A DNA stretch of 64,000 nt from contig JALUTT010000108.1 of assembly GCA_027021705.1 (NCBI GenBank), positions 8,424-72,423 on the forward strand, in the 5' to 3' direction. Positions 39,418 through 50,014 of the stretch are shown here, in pieces. The position numbers and the translations under genes were made by a program. The notes under the pieces are model-generated. The model ran no database searches. It saw nothing but the letters and a program-made list of their open reading frames with translations, and had not been told where the DNA came from. How positions within the stretch are numbered: the stretch's first letter is position 1; every line of letters starts with the position of its first letter. Source of the DNA: Anaerolineae bacterium (GTDB lineage: Bacteria > Chloroflexota > Anaerolineae > S140-20).

Positions 39418-40518
39418 GTGAGACCCAACCTGACGATCCTCCCTCTTTCCACATTTTGGAGGGGGAAGAAGGTCCTGGTTACCGGACACACGGGCTTCAA
39501 GGGAAGCTGGCTTGTGCTATGGCTACAACAGTTGGGGGCCCAAGTGATCGGCTACGCGCTCCCTCCCCCCACCCAGCCCAGCCTCTTTGAGATGGCCCGG
39601 GTGGACAGGGGGATGGTCCACATCACGGGAGATATTTTGGACCTGGCCCATCTGCAGGCGGTCCTGGAGGAACATCGGCCCGAGATCGTCTTCCACCTGG
39701 CAGCCCAGTCTTTGGTACGCTATTCCTACCAACACCCTGTGGAGACCTATGCCACCAACGTGATGGGCACCGTCCACCTCTTGGAGGCGGCACGTCACAC
39801 GGAGAGCGTTCGCGTCGTCATCGGCGTGACTAGCGACAAATGTTACGAGAACCGGGAATGGATCTGGGGGTATCGGGAAAACGATCCGATGGGAGGGTAT
39901 GATCCTTACTCCAGCAGCAAAGGGTGTGCCGAGTTGGTTATATCCGCCTACCGGCGTTCTTTCTTCCCACCGGATGAGTACCCACGCCACCGGGTGGCCT
40001 TGGCCAGTGTACGGGCCGGAAACGTCATTGGCGGGGGGGACTGGGCGACGGACCGTTTGGTCCCTGACGTCATGCGAGCGTTCTTGGAGGACCGTCCGGT
40101 GGTCATCCGCAATCCTGATGCCCGCCGCCCTTGGCAGCACGTGCTGGAGCCGCTCAGGGGCTACTTGCTCCTGGCAGAGCGCCTGTGGGAGGAGGGGCCG
40201 ACGTTCGTCGGGGCCTGGAACTTCGGTCCTGACGACGAGGACGTTCAGCCGGTCTCGTGGGTGGTTGAACGTTTGGCAGCGCTGTGGGGTGAGGGTGCGC
40301 GTTGGCGTGTGGACACAGGCCCACACCCTCACGAGGCGCGTTGGTTGAAGCTGGACTGCTCCAAAGCGAAGATGTTGCTCGGGTGGTTCCCGCAGATGTC
40401 CCTCGAGACGGCCCTGAAGTGGACCGTTGAATGGTACCGGGGCTACCGTAACCAAGCAGATGCTCGTCAACTTGTAGAAGAACAAATAAGGCGGTACTCA
40501 GCCCTGGTGGGACAGTAA
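39418..40518 (+). CDS. rfbG: CDP-glucose 4,6-dehydratase
   Basis: FWRGKKVLVTGHTGFKGSWL, TSDKCY, YSSSK, RAGNVIGGGDW, RPWQHVLEPL; GTG start with gggagggg RBS (ORF open from 39370). Confidence 0.93.
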   Translation: MRPNLTILPLSTFWRGKKVLVTGHTGFKGSWLVLWLQQLGAQVIGYALPPPTQPSLFEMARVDRGMVHITGDILDLAHLQAVLEEHRPEIVFHLAAQSLVRYSYQHPVETYATNVMGTVHLLEAARHTESVRVVIGVTSDKCYENREWIWGYRENDPMGGYDPYSSSKGCAELVISAYRRSFFPPDEYPRHRVALASVRAGNVIGGGDWATDRLVPDVMRAFLEDRPVVIRNPDARRPWQHVLEPLRGYLLLAERLWEEGPTFVGAWNFGPDDEDVQPVSWVVERLAALWGEGARWRVDTGPHPHEARWLKLDCSKAKMLLGWFPQMSLETALKWTVEWYRGYRNQADARQLVEEQIRRYSALVGQ

Positions 40519-40545
40519 GCATATGCTCGGGGAGGCATTAGGCTG

Positions 40546-42066
40546 ATGGACCTGCGACACTATTTCGACATACTGCAGCGCCGATTTTGGGCGATTGTCA
40601 TCGTGGTTTCGGTGACGCTGGGGATGATGGCCGGTTACAGCTTGCTGGCCACCCCCGTTTATAAGGCCCAAACCACGGTTCGGATCCTTCTAGATGTGGG
40701 TATCTCCGATTTTGTTCTACGCCAGGACTATACCATACGAATGCTTAATACCTATGTCTATGTCCTGGAAAGTCTTGCATTTCGGGAGAAAGCCTTGGAA
40801 CGCCTCGAACCTCGATATGGAGAGCGCGCCCGCCAAGGATTGCGTGACCTGAAATCAGAAGCAATTCCCGACTCGGAGCTTATCCGCATAATCGTCTATC
40901 ACGAGGACCCCCAGATTGCCCAAGAGATGGCCAACCTCTTGGTCATTTTGCTGAGAGAGTATGCTCAGAATCTGTATGTGGGCGGGCAGCGAAGTGTCCG
41001 CGAGGTGATTGAAGATCAGCTTAACCAGATGCGTGCTGAGATCAATTCAATGCGCCAGCGTCTTGCTCAGCTGACGAGCACAGGGGCATCAGAGGCGGAA
41101 ATCGAAATGCTGTACAACCAAATCAAATTTGAAGAAGATTCTTATGACCGTCTGCTAGATCGCTACGAACTAGCTCGATTAAATGAAAGCATTCGGGCTA
41201 ACAGCATCAGTGTCGTGCAGCCTGCCGCCTTCCCTCGCCAGCCCTCTAATGCCCCCCACTTACGGGACATTGGCTTGACCTTGGTGGTCGGGCTGCTTGG
41301 TGGAATAGGAGTTGCCCTGGTGTTAGAGAATCTGGACACACGTATTCGCAGTGTGCACCAGCTTGAACACATCCTGCAAATTACAGTTATAGGCACAGTG
41401 CCCAAAGGATCTCTACACTTGAGGAGGAATGGCAAGCGGCAAACAAAACAAGAGAGGATGCTTTGGGAAGCTTACCACCTCCTAGCGTTGAACCTACAGG
41501 CCCAGATCCAAGCCAAGGGAATTAAAACTTTGCTGATCACTAGCGCTATGCCTCGGGAAGGGAAATCTATGGTTGCTAGCAACCTCTCCCAAGTGATGGC
41601 TGAACAGGCGAGAATGGTCTTTATCATCGAGAGCGATATGAGACGCCCGACTTTGAAAGAGCACCTAGGACTAGCCGAGCAGCATATTGGGTTAAGCGAG
41701 TTGTTAACCGAAGCGATCCCACTGGAGATCGCTACATGCGCTACGGACCATCCCAGCCTATTTGCGATTCTCAGCGGCTCGCCTCCCGCAAATCCTACGG
41801 CCTTATTGGCAACACCTGGTATGCACAACTTGTTGGCCTTCCTCAGGAAACAGACCTACCTGACCATTCTCGATGCGCCTCCTGTACTGGGCATCGCTGA
41901 TGTCTCGGTATTGGCTTCCCAAGTAGATGCTATCCTCCTGGTAGTCCGCCAAGACGTCTCGCGCCGAGAACAAGTTCAGGAAGCCCTCAAACAGCTCAAA
42001 GCTGTTCAAGGCCCTATATTGGGAGCTGTGTTCTTGCGAAAAGGAAAAGGGGGATGGGAATACTGA
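40546..42066 (+). CDS. Wzc-like polysaccharide co-polymerase/BY-kinase
   Basis: Two TM helices flanking a coiled coil; Walker A SAMPREGKS, ESDMRRP, Walker B ILDAPP. Confidence 0.9.
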   Translation: MDLRHYFDILQRRFWAIVIVVSVTLGMMAGYSLLATPVYKAQTTVRILLDVGISDFVLRQDYTIRMLNTYVYVLESLAFREKALERLEPRYGERARQGLRDLKSEAIPDSELIRIIVYHEDPQIAQEMANLLVILLREYAQNLYVGGQRSVREVIEDQLNQMRAEINSMRQRLAQLTSTGASEAEIEMLYNQIKFEEDSYDRLLDRYELARLNESIRANSISVVQPAAFPRQPSNAPHLRDIGLTLVVGLLGGIGVALVLENLDTRIRSVHQLEHILQITVIGTVPKGSLHLRRNGKRQTKQERMLWEAYHLLALNLQAQIQAKGIKTLLITSAMPREGKSMVASNLSQVMAEQARMVFIIESDMRRPTLKEHLGLAEQHIGLSELLTEAIPLEIATCATDHPSLFAILSGSPPANPTALLATPGMHNLLAFLRKQTYLTILDAPPVLGIADVSVLASQVDAILLVVRQDVSRREQVQEALKQLKAVQGPILGAVFLRKGKGGWEY

Positions 42067-42105
42067 TTCACGGCACGGTTGGGTCAGATAGGGCATTACC
42101 GAGCG

Positions 42106-43563
42106 ATGCTGACTCACTTACGTCCTAGATTTCGACTCAATATCGCAAAAGAAGAGCTACTTCTGCCTTTTATCATTGGTGCCTTGCTAGGGGGAGTAGC
42201 TATTTTGGCCTATCACCTCCCTACCGCGTGGGGCGGGTTGATTGTGATGGGTATCGCAGGAGTGACAGCAACCCTATGGCTTAATGACCTGAAGCGGGCA
42301 CTCCTCATTGCTCTCACGGTTGACCAAGGGCTTGGTCTGGATATTGCACTGGCGAATGTTCCCCATTTAGGCGGTCCAGGGGGCTTTACGATCTCCTTGA
42401 TGAGCATAGCAATCGTGGCGGGGTACATCCAATGGTTCATCGAACCCCACCGCCGTCCTCTGTTCCGCCACCATCGAGATGTCGTTCTCCCAGCAGCTCT
42501 CTTTTTACTCTTGAACCTGGCATCTGGGCTCCAGGCAGTTTACTTGAGATTCACCATCACCTTGACGGTCCTGTTAGCTCAATGCTTTCTTATGTATCTT
42601 TACCTCGTCAACTATGTAACAGACTGGCAGGATGTACGGTTGATCTTGATGGTACTTGCCCTCCTCTTGGGAGCACAAGCTAGTTTGATGGTTGTCCAAT
42701 ACACTACTGGCGCTGAGCTGGACATCCTGGGTATGCAGAGCAAAGCTTATGTGGGAAATACGGCTAGTGTCTCTGGACGACGTGTTGCAGGAACTTTAGC
42801 TTCTCCTAACGCCGCAGCGACCTTCTTGATGTTTTCGATGTTGATCACTCTAGCGGGCTTTCTCAGCGAGGGACACTGGATCAACAAGTATCTGGCAGCA
42901 GGCTCACTGGGTATGGGCAGCATAGCGTTAATCGCAACTTACTCACGCAGCGGATGGATAGGGTTTGCAGTCGGCGCTGTCGTGGTTGCCAGCATTGCCT
43001 GGTACCGGAAGGTAGGACGACAAGAAGTGGTTATGCTAACCGTTGGCGGATTGATGCTGATGGGAGCATTCTCACGGGAGATCATCTCACGCCTTACCGG
43101 TGACGACAACAACTCCGCCTTATCCCGGATTTGGCAGACAAAACTGGCATTCAACATCATTCGCGCCCATATGTTTACAGGCATAGGGGCGAATAATTTG
43201 GTCTTCGTTGAGCGGGATTACCTGCCTATCGAGCTTATGGGAACCCGGAGGCTTTATATGATTCATAACAAGTATTGGTCAGTGTGGGTAGAGACTGGCC
43301 TCTTTGGTCTACTCTCTTTTCTTTGGCTCCTAATAGCTCCCCTCTGGCGTGCCGTGCGAGGAATCGCCCGTGCCGCTGATCCCTACGAGTCCATTCTTAT
43401 GGCAGGGCTGCTGGCTGCCTTGGGAGGATACGCCTTTCATATGACAGGAGACCCGTTCAGTTCACGTCTACGTATAGAGCCCCTTTGGTTCCTTATTGCA
43501 ATGATTGTAGCGACCTCCCGGTTGATACGGTCTAAACACGTGGATACTGAACACGTCGCTTGA
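42106..43563 (+). CDS. O-antigen ligase/Wzy polymerase family
   Basis: Multi-TM; RVAGTLASPN, TYSRSGW, GIGANN, HNKY. Confidence 0.88.
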   Translation: MLTHLRPRFRLNIAKEELLLPFIIGALLGGVAILAYHLPTAWGGLIVMGIAGVTATLWLNDLKRALLIALTVDQGLGLDIALANVPHLGGPGGFTISLMSIAIVAGYIQWFIEPHRRPLFRHHRDVVLPAALFLLLNLASGLQAVYLRFTITLTVLLAQCFLMYLYLVNYVTDWQDVRLILMVLALLLGAQASLMVVQYTTGAELDILGMQSKAYVGNTASVSGRRVAGTLASPNAAATFLMFSMLITLAGFLSEGHWINKYLAAGSLGMGSIALIATYSRSGWIGFAVGAVVVASIAWYRKVGRQEVVMLTVGGLMLMGAFSREIISRLTGDDNNSALSRIWQTKLAFNIIRAHMFTGIGANNLVFVERDYLPIELMGTRRLYMIHNKYWSVWVETGLFGLLSFLWLLIAPLWRAVRGIARAADPYESILMAGLLAALGGYAFHMTGDPFSSRLRIEPLWFLIAMIVATSRLIRSKHVDTEHVA

Positions 43564-43652
43564 TGGACATTTACACCAAGCTGTTGACCCCATTCCATTC
43601 CGCCGATCCCTACCTCCTTGACAAATCGAGAAGACGCTATCTGGAGAGGCAT

Positions 43653-45095
43653 ATGGGTTCAGGGAGAGCACTTCTGAAGAACACGGGAGCCTTGGGTTTC
43701 TCCAACATTTTGACAGTAATAAGCCGTACCGTACTAGTTCTTGCCATATCCCGGCTGGCCTCTGTAGAAGGGCTGGGGGTTTACTCTACAGCGATGGCCT
43801 TTTACTACATCGCCTCGATGTGGGGAACGATGGGGATGATCAACTTTCTCTCGCGCGAGATCGCCAAGTACCCAGAGCAGACCAATCGCTATTTCATTCA
43901 TGCTAGTCTGCTCACTGCGATAGCGGCTTTGGGAATGGTAGGAGGGCTGAATTCGCTCCCCTGGATCGTGACCTACTCGCCCCAGGCCCGGCTGGCGATC
44001 CGTCTGGTCAGCCTGGCAATCGTTCCGGGCACTCTCACGATTGTCCTACAAGCAGTGTTCTTAGCCCACCAACGGCTGGAATACTTCGCAATGGTTTCCC
44101 TGGTAGAGGCTGTTGGACACATCACCCTCAGCGCCTTCCTTCTCTGGAAAAAGGCTGGAGCTTTGGGGGTGATCGCCAGCTTTGCGTTCTTCCGCTATTT
44201 CACGGTCCTCACCCTCGGATTTTTGATGACACGCCTGATCTCCCGCCTCCGATGGGAGTGGGACCCTGCATTTCTACGCTCGCTCTTGCGGGGCCTACGC
44301 ACATTTGCGGCCCTCGGAGTCCTAGGGGCTCTGTTTGCCCGTCCAGAGGTCCTACTTCTGTCCTCATTGCGAGGAGACAAAGAGATCGGCCTTTACAGTG
44401 CGGCCTTGTGGCTGGTTACCCTGTGGTATCTTATTCCCTCTAGCTACACAACGGCCCTCTTCCCTCAGCTCGCCAGGTCCTACCACCAGGGTCAACTCCA
44501 GACTATCCGCTTCTTGCAAGAGAGATCAGTCAAATATCTTGAGGCCATCGCTTGGCCTCTTGCCGTAGGCATAGCAGTAATGGCCGACGAAATCATCCAA
44601 ATTGTCTTTGGTGCTCGATTCACGCCGGCTGCAACGGCCTTACGCCTGATGTCCATTGTCTTGGTGCTCAACTTTCTCACCCGTATCCTCTCGCGTATTC
44701 TCTTCGCCCGTGACGAACAAGGTCTGGTGCTCCGAGTCCAAAACATCAGCTTGGTCGCCCGTTTGAGCCTTGGAGGCATCTTGATCTACATATGGGGCTA
44801 CTTAGGAGCCGCTATCACCTTGGTCTTGTCCAACATCATTATGGCAAGCCTTCTCCTGATGTACGTATATCGTGGCGGAACACGGCTTCGGATTATCCAC
44901 CACACCTGGCGGTTGGTGGTTGCCAGCACCGGAATGGGTGTGCTCATTGCAGGATTGCGCCCTTTGCTGACCGTGTACTGGCTGGTTCCCATCGCGATTC
45001 TGGCCTATACCGTCCTGGTTGGTCTGCTTGGAGGAATCTCCAGAGAAGAACTGGCTTTTCTCTACAGGGCCTGGAGGCCTGCGACATCCTCTTAA
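43653..45095 (+). CDS. Wzx flippase
   Basis: 12-14 TM MOP-family pattern, GVYS, REIA, GLYSAA, FPQLAR. Confidence 0.88.
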   Translation: MGSGRALLKNTGALGFSNILTVISRTVLVLAISRLASVEGLGVYSTAMAFYYIASMWGTMGMINFLSREIAKYPEQTNRYFIHASLLTAIAALGMVGGLNSLPWIVTYSPQARLAIRLVSLAIVPGTLTIVLQAVFLAHQRLEYFAMVSLVEAVGHITLSAFLLWKKAGALGVIASFAFFRYFTVLTLGFLMTRLISRLRWEWDPAFLRSLLRGLRTFAALGVLGALFARPEVLLLSSLRGDKEIGLYSAALWLVTLWYLIPSSYTTALFPQLARSYHQGQLQTIRFLQERSVKYLEAIAWPLAVGIAVMADEIIQIVFGARFTPAATALRLMSIVLVLNFLTRILSRILFARDEQGLVLRVQNISLVARLSLGGILIYIWGYLGAAITLVLSNIIMASLLLMYVYRGGTRLRIIHHTWRLVVASTGMGVLIAGLRPLLTVYWLVPIAILAYTVLVGLLGGISREELAFLYRAWRPATSS

Positions 45096-45131
45096 CAGGC
45101 TTCAGGATCCTCCTACTTGCTGGACAACACG

Positions 45132-46217
45132 ATGATCCACATCGTTCTCATCGAATTTCGCGCTTCGACACCTGCTCCCGTTCACCTCGCCAATGCTCTG
45201 GGCGAGCTCTGCCGGGTAACATTGATGCTTCCGGATGCGGCCTCCTCCCTAATCCAGGCGGTGAACCGGGAGACGGTTGATCTGCAACCCTTCACAATGC
45301 CCCGTATCCGCCAACCCTCTAATCTGGCGATGGTACGACGGCTACGCCGCCGGCTGGAGCGGCTACATCCTCACCTGATCCACATCACTTTCTGGCACCC
45401 GTGGGGTACCCCTGGCCTGGGAGTGCGATCCCTTGCTCCGCTGGTGGCGACAGTCCACGATGTAGAACGACACCTGGGAGAACGAGGCCTCTGGGCTATC
45501 CCGCCCTTCCTGTACCGATGGCAATGGCATTGGGCCCGTCAGGTCATCGTCCATGCTACCCGAGCTCGCCAACGCCTGAGCGAGCAATACGGCTATCCCG
45601 CCGAACGGATCCACGTGATACCCCTAGGCCGCTATGATTACTATCGTGCTCTGTCCTCCCAAAGCCAGCCGGAGGAGCCCCACACCATCCTCTTCTTTGG
45701 CCGCATTTGGGGATATAAAGGTTTGCAATACCTCATCAAAGCAGAACCTCTGATCACACGAGCAGTTCCCGATACTCGAATCATTATCGCAGGACACGGC
45801 GAGCCTTTCGAAAAATACCGCCAAGCTATGGTCAATCCCCACCACTTCGAGGTCTACAACTATCGGATTCCTGACAATGAGGTCGCCCCCCTTTTCCAAC
45901 GGGCCAGTGTTGTTGTCTTGCCTTACCTGGAAGCATCCCAGAGCGGGATCATCCCCATCGCCTACACCTTTGGGAAACCTGTTGTTGCGACCCACGTTGG
46001 GGGGCTTCCTGATGTGGTAAAAGATGGCGAAACAGGGTTTCTGGTCCCTCCAGCCGATGCCCAAAGCCTGGCTGAGGCCGTTATACGCTTGCTAAAAGAT
46101 GATGCTTTGCGCCATAAAATGGGACAACAGGCCCAACAATTCGCGGAGACAGTGTTGTCTTGGTCGAACATCGCCCAGAGAACTATGGATGTGTACAGGC
46201 TGGCGCTCAATGACTAA
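45132..46217 (+). CDS. GT4 glycosyltransferase
   Basis: FFGRIWGYKG, LPYLEASQSG, KPVVATHVGG. Confidence 0.92.
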   Translation: MIHIVLIEFRASTPAPVHLANALGELCRVTLMLPDAASSLIQAVNRETVDLQPFTMPRIRQPSNLAMVRRLRRRLERLHPHLIHITFWHPWGTPGLGVRSLAPLVATVHDVERHLGERGLWAIPPFLYRWQWHWARQVIVHATRARQRLSEQYGYPAERIHVIPLGRYDYYRALSSQSQPEEPHTILFFGRIWGYKGLQYLIKAEPLITRAVPDTRIIIAGHGEPFEKYRQAMVNPHHFEVYNYRIPDNEVAPLFQRASVVVLPYLEASQSGIIPIAYTFGKPVVATHVGGLPDVVKDGETGFLVPPADAQSLAEAVIRLLKDDALRHKMGQQAQQFAETVLSWSNIAQRTMDVYRLALND

Positions 46218-48903
46218 GCAATCTCTGCTAAACACGCACCTGCTCACGCGGATACGATGGAGCCTTCTCGGCGCCTTCTTGGCCATTCTGATCCTGCTCC
46301 ACTTCCAACCTGCTCAGGGCCAGGAAGCGAGCAATGTTTATGAAGTATCCTTTGCCCAACTCGGTTATACCGATGAAATTCTTCAAGGCCCTTATGGCAG
46401 CATCCGATATACCTTCAGCTTGCCGTCAAGCTGGCTTCCCTCAGGAGGCTCCTTGGTCTCCCTCAATCTCGCGTACACCGTCAGTGGCGAGGCTGGTTCG
46501 GCTCCGGCCAGCGTTGAGGTATACCTCAACAGCACTCTGCTCCACTCTGAAGTGATCTCTTCCCCAAGGACCATATCCTTGAATGTACCGATCCCCGATC
46601 AGACGCTCCGCGTTGCTGAGGAACGGTACATCAACAATCTTGAGATTCGGTTCCGTGTGTCCGCGAGGTGCAAGGAAGCTCAATTCGCTAGTCTGACGAT
46701 CCGTGCTTCCTCACGCTTTCGGTTCGCCTATCAGAAACGCCCCATTCCCTTGGACCTGGCCTTTTACCCAAAGCCTTTGTACGTCAGTCGAGCCTTTGAA
46801 ACTCCTCCTGTTCACTTTATCCTCCCCAACGAGCCGACTCCTTTAGAGGTAGAGGCTGCAGCAAGAATAGCTGCACGTCTCGGGATGCTCACATCTTACC
46901 AGCTCCCTATCGAGGCGAGCTTAGTCTCCCACCTGCCGGTTACGGCAACCCAACAACACCAGATTCTCATCGGCGAGCCCGGACGGATGCCTCTACTGGA
47001 GCAGCTAACCCTACCTGTGCCCTTCCATCAGCGTTCTCTGGGGCTCTCCAGCCAAATGCCGGCATCGGTGCAGCCAGGGCACTCTTTCACCTATACGCTT
47101 GTGGTGCAGAACTCCTCCTCTCAGGCCAAGGCTCTTGTCTTGGAAGACCACTTATCCCCCTTTGTTACCGTTGAAAAATGTGATGCTTGCACAACCTTGT
47201 CGGATGAATCACTACGGTGGGACATCCCATCGCTACAGCCTGGGGAGACCTTCTCCCTCACCGTACAAGCCCGCCTCGACGCCCAGGCTCCACCTGGAGA
47301 ATCCATCGAGCACACCGCAGTTTTGAAGGATGATGCTGCCCAGATCATCAACGTGGACACCTTAACCACGAGCATTGGGTTGGAACCAACAACCTCTTGG
47401 AAACTCTCCCCGCCCAAGGGACCATATTTCTTCGCCTTGGAGGATCGAGCCATCCCGGAGACCGACGGAGTGGTTCAAATCCTCCCCTCACCTTGGAACG
47501 ATGAACGGGCCATCATCGTGGTGACAGGTCTGGACGACCAAGCGGTCTATCGGGCCGCCCAAGCGCTGGCCTCCGGCAATCAAGTGTTGGGGCTCCAAGG
47601 TCAATTTGCCATCGTGCGATCTCTGCGGCCAGGGATTGAGCCCACCCAGAACCACGAACGCGAAGAACGCATCACCTTAGCCTCCTTAGGTTATGAGACC
47701 CTCTCAGCCGAAGGTCGACAGGCAACCTTCAAAGTCCGTTTCGACATTCCCCGAGGAGGACGCCTTACGGAAGAAGCCTTTATAGCCTTGCACATCGCCC
47801 ATGGCGTAGCATTCAACACGATCTCTTCGTCGCTGGAGATCTACCTAAATAATCTCCCTGTGGGAAGCGTTGCATTGAAAGAGGACAATGCATCGGACAG
47901 CTGGGTAAAAGTGTCTATCCCCGCCCGGGAGTTGAAAGCAGGCAGGAATCAGATAGAGCTTAAGACAGCAGCGGACTGGCCGGCCTGCATGGACGAGGAA
48001 GACATCGCACGGCTATGGGTCACGATCTATGATGACTCCTACTTATACCTATCTTTGGAGGTCCCGGAGGAGCGCTCGGCCTTTGATTTAGCTGATTACC
48101 CAAGATTCCTGTTTTCGCGCCCAGGTCTTCAAGATGTGGTCATTGTGTTGCCCCAAGCGATCACCTCACCTCTCCTTAAAGATCTCTTACAATTGCTTTC
48201 TTACCTGGGGAGCATAACTAAGGGGAGCTACCTCGCGCCGCGAGTGGTGTTCGGTGAGCCAGGAAACGCTCCGACTGATCCCATTTGGTCTCAGTATAAC
48301 GTGATAGTGGTGGGACGACCAACCCAGAACCCCTATGTAGCCTTTCTGAACGAGGAGCTTCCTCAGCCGTTTCTCCCTGGGCGAGATGAAATCTACCAAG
48401 TGGTTGGCAATGTTGTATATCGTTTACCGCCAGACTATGATCTGGGCTCGGTCCAGATTATCTCTTCCCCATACAACCGGCAACGTCCTGTCTTGGTAGT
48501 GACAGGGACAACAGACCAAGGGGTAGAATGGGCGCTCCAGGCCTTGGCGAAGCGGGAGCTGATCTCTCGACTCGCAGGGAATATGGCCTTTCTGCTGGGA
48601 GCAATGCAGATGCACCTGGCCGGCCCCAATCAATTGGCCTCTACCCTTGTGCCCCCGCCAACTCCTACAGGGATGCCTTGGGTTGCCGAAGAGACGGCCA
48701 CTCCCACCCCCTCACCTACCAGCACGAAAGTTCCGACAATCACACCTGCGATCACCCTCCCGGACATTCCCACTGACATCCCCGCGCCAGGTGGGGAAGT
48801 ATCCAGCCAACGGCCGTCTTCCAAGAGCTTGGTCCTTCTAGGAGTAAGCCTAGTGATGATGGTCGGAGCTACAGCAGCCCTCCTCTGGCAGCGACGACTC
48901 TAG
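46210..48903 (+). CDS. BcsB-like protein with inserted DUF11-type Ig domain, Pro/Thr linker and C-terminal TM anchor
   Basis: Signal peptide; two repeats of the 'F..LGY...L.G...F..P' jelly-roll and 'DLA.YP' flavodoxin-like modules; 'QIL.SPW/Y...LVVTG'; 'FTYTLVVQN...D.L' insert. Confidence 0.7.
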   Translation: MTKQSLLNTHLLTRIRWSLLGAFLAILILLHFQPAQGQEASNVYEVSFAQLGYTDEILQGPYGSIRYTFSLPSSWLPSGGSLVSLNLAYTVSGEAGSAPASVEVYLNSTLLHSEVISSPRTISLNVPIPDQTLRVAEERYINNLEIRFRVSARCKEAQFASLTIRASSRFRFAYQKRPIPLDLAFYPKPLYVSRAFETPPVHFILPNEPTPLEVEAAARIAARLGMLTSYQLPIEASLVSHLPVTATQQHQILIGEPGRMPLLEQLTLPVPFHQRSLGLSSQMPASVQPGHSFTYTLVVQNSSSQAKALVLEDHLSPFVTVEKCDACTTLSDESLRWDIPSLQPGETFSLTVQARLDAQAPPGESIEHTAVLKDDAAQIINVDTLTTSIGLEPTTSWKLSPPKGPYFFALEDRAIPETDGVVQILPSPWNDERAIIVVTGLDDQAVYRAAQALASGNQVLGLQGQFAIVRSLRPGIEPTQNHEREERITLASLGYETLSAEGRQATFKVRFDIPRGGRLTEEAFIALHIAHGVAFNTISSSLEIYLNNLPVGSVALKEDNASDSWVKVSIPARELKAGRNQIELKTAADWPACMDEEDIARLWVTIYDDSYLYLSLEVPEERSAFDLADYPRFLFSRPGLQDVVIVLPQAITSPLLKDLLQLLSYLGSITKGSYLAPRVVFGEPGNAPTDPIWSQYNVIVVGRPTQNPYVAFLNEELPQPFLPGRDEIYQVVGNVVYRLPPDYDLGSVQIISSPYNRQRPVLVVTGTTDQGVEWALQALAKRELISRLAGNMAFLLGAMQMHLAGPNQLASTLVPPPTPTGMPWVAEETATPTPSPTSTKVPTITPAITLPDIPTDIPAPGGEVSSQRPSSKSLVLLGVSLVMMVGATAALLWQRRL

Positions 48904-48913
48904 GAGGGCCAAG

Positions 48914-50014
48914 GTGGTTGGAGTAAACTGGTATCGCACATCGGCTCTGAAACTCTATAACTATCTCATCAGAACCCATTGGAATGGCGAAGCGCTTGTT
49001 GGTCCAGATCCCATTGGGAAGATCCATTGGCGGGTGACCCGCTTTGTGCGCAGCTATTTGCCTTGGCTGCCTGGAGACGATCGGTACATCTACCTTCAAG
49101 GGCAAGCATACTGGATTAGGGCCAATTGGCGGCTGCTCCGTCAGACCGGCAATCACCGGTATCGAGAGATCATCCGCCGGTGTGCCGATTACATCGTCCA
49201 CAGCCAACCGGAAGATGGAGCTTGGCGACATCCCCCTATTTGGGGGCGTCGAGGGTTCATCTCCACCGTGGAAGGGGTCTGGGCCTGCTTGGGCTTGATG
49301 AAAGCCCACGAGGTGATCGGAGATGCATCCTACCTCGAGGCCGTCCGCCGGTGGCTAGAGGTCCAGATCCACACCATCGGGTTTCAGACTGTCGGCGAAG
49401 GTTGGGCAGTCAACTACTATGCCCACTCCAACAGCAAGGTCCCCAATGTGACCACGATGACCATCTGGCTTTTTGGGGAAATGATCACCAAAACCGGTGA
49501 GACGGCGTATGTTCCCTATCTGGACCGGATGCTCCGTTTCATCCAAGACTCCCAGATGGACAACGGGGAGCTGCCTTACGCTCTAGGCGCACGCCCCCAC
49601 TTCATGTGTTACCAGTACAACGCTTTTGAGTTCTTGGACCTGGCCTCCTTTTTCGAGTTGACCCAAGACGAGCGCGTCTATCCGATCCTAAAGAGACAGG
49701 CTGCTTTCCTGCAGGGCGGACTAACCGGTCGGGGCAGTTGTCGCTACAACTGCTTTAAGGAGACACCCGAGGTGCATTACTGGACAGCCGCGCTGGCTGC
49801 GGCGCTACGCAAGGCGTCGGAACTAGGCTTAGGGAACTATGAAGCCTTGAGCGAGCGGGCCTATCGCTACTTGCTAGGCCATCAACAGCCTGACGGGAGG
49901 TTCTACTTCTCCGAGCACAATTACCGCTTCTTACGCGATCGGCGTTCCTATCCTAGGTACCTGGCTATGCTCCTAGAACATCTCCTGTACCGAGCGAGCG
50001 GGGTGCGGCAATGA
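48914..50014 (+). CDS. Alpha/alpha-barrel protein (prenyltransferase/epimerase-like), function unknown
   Basis: Repeated Q..DG.W/F motifs (SQPEDGAW, SQMDNGEL, HQQPDGRF). Confidence 0.6.
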   Translation: MVGVNWYRTSALKLYNYLIRTHWNGEALVGPDPIGKIHWRVTRFVRSYLPWLPGDDRYIYLQGQAYWIRANWRLLRQTGNHRYREIIRRCADYIVHSQPEDGAWRHPPIWGRRGFISTVEGVWACLGLMKAHEVIGDASYLEAVRRWLEVQIHTIGFQTVGEGWAVNYYAHSNSKVPNVTTMTIWLFGEMITKTGETAYVPYLDRMLRFIQDSQMDNGELPYALGARPHFMCYQYNAFEFLDLASFFELTQDERVYPILKRQAAFLQGGLTGRGSCRYNCFKETPEVHYWTAALAAALRKASELGLGNYEALSERAYRYLLGHQQPDGRFYFSEHNYRFLRDRRSYPRYLAMLLEHLLYRASGVRQ

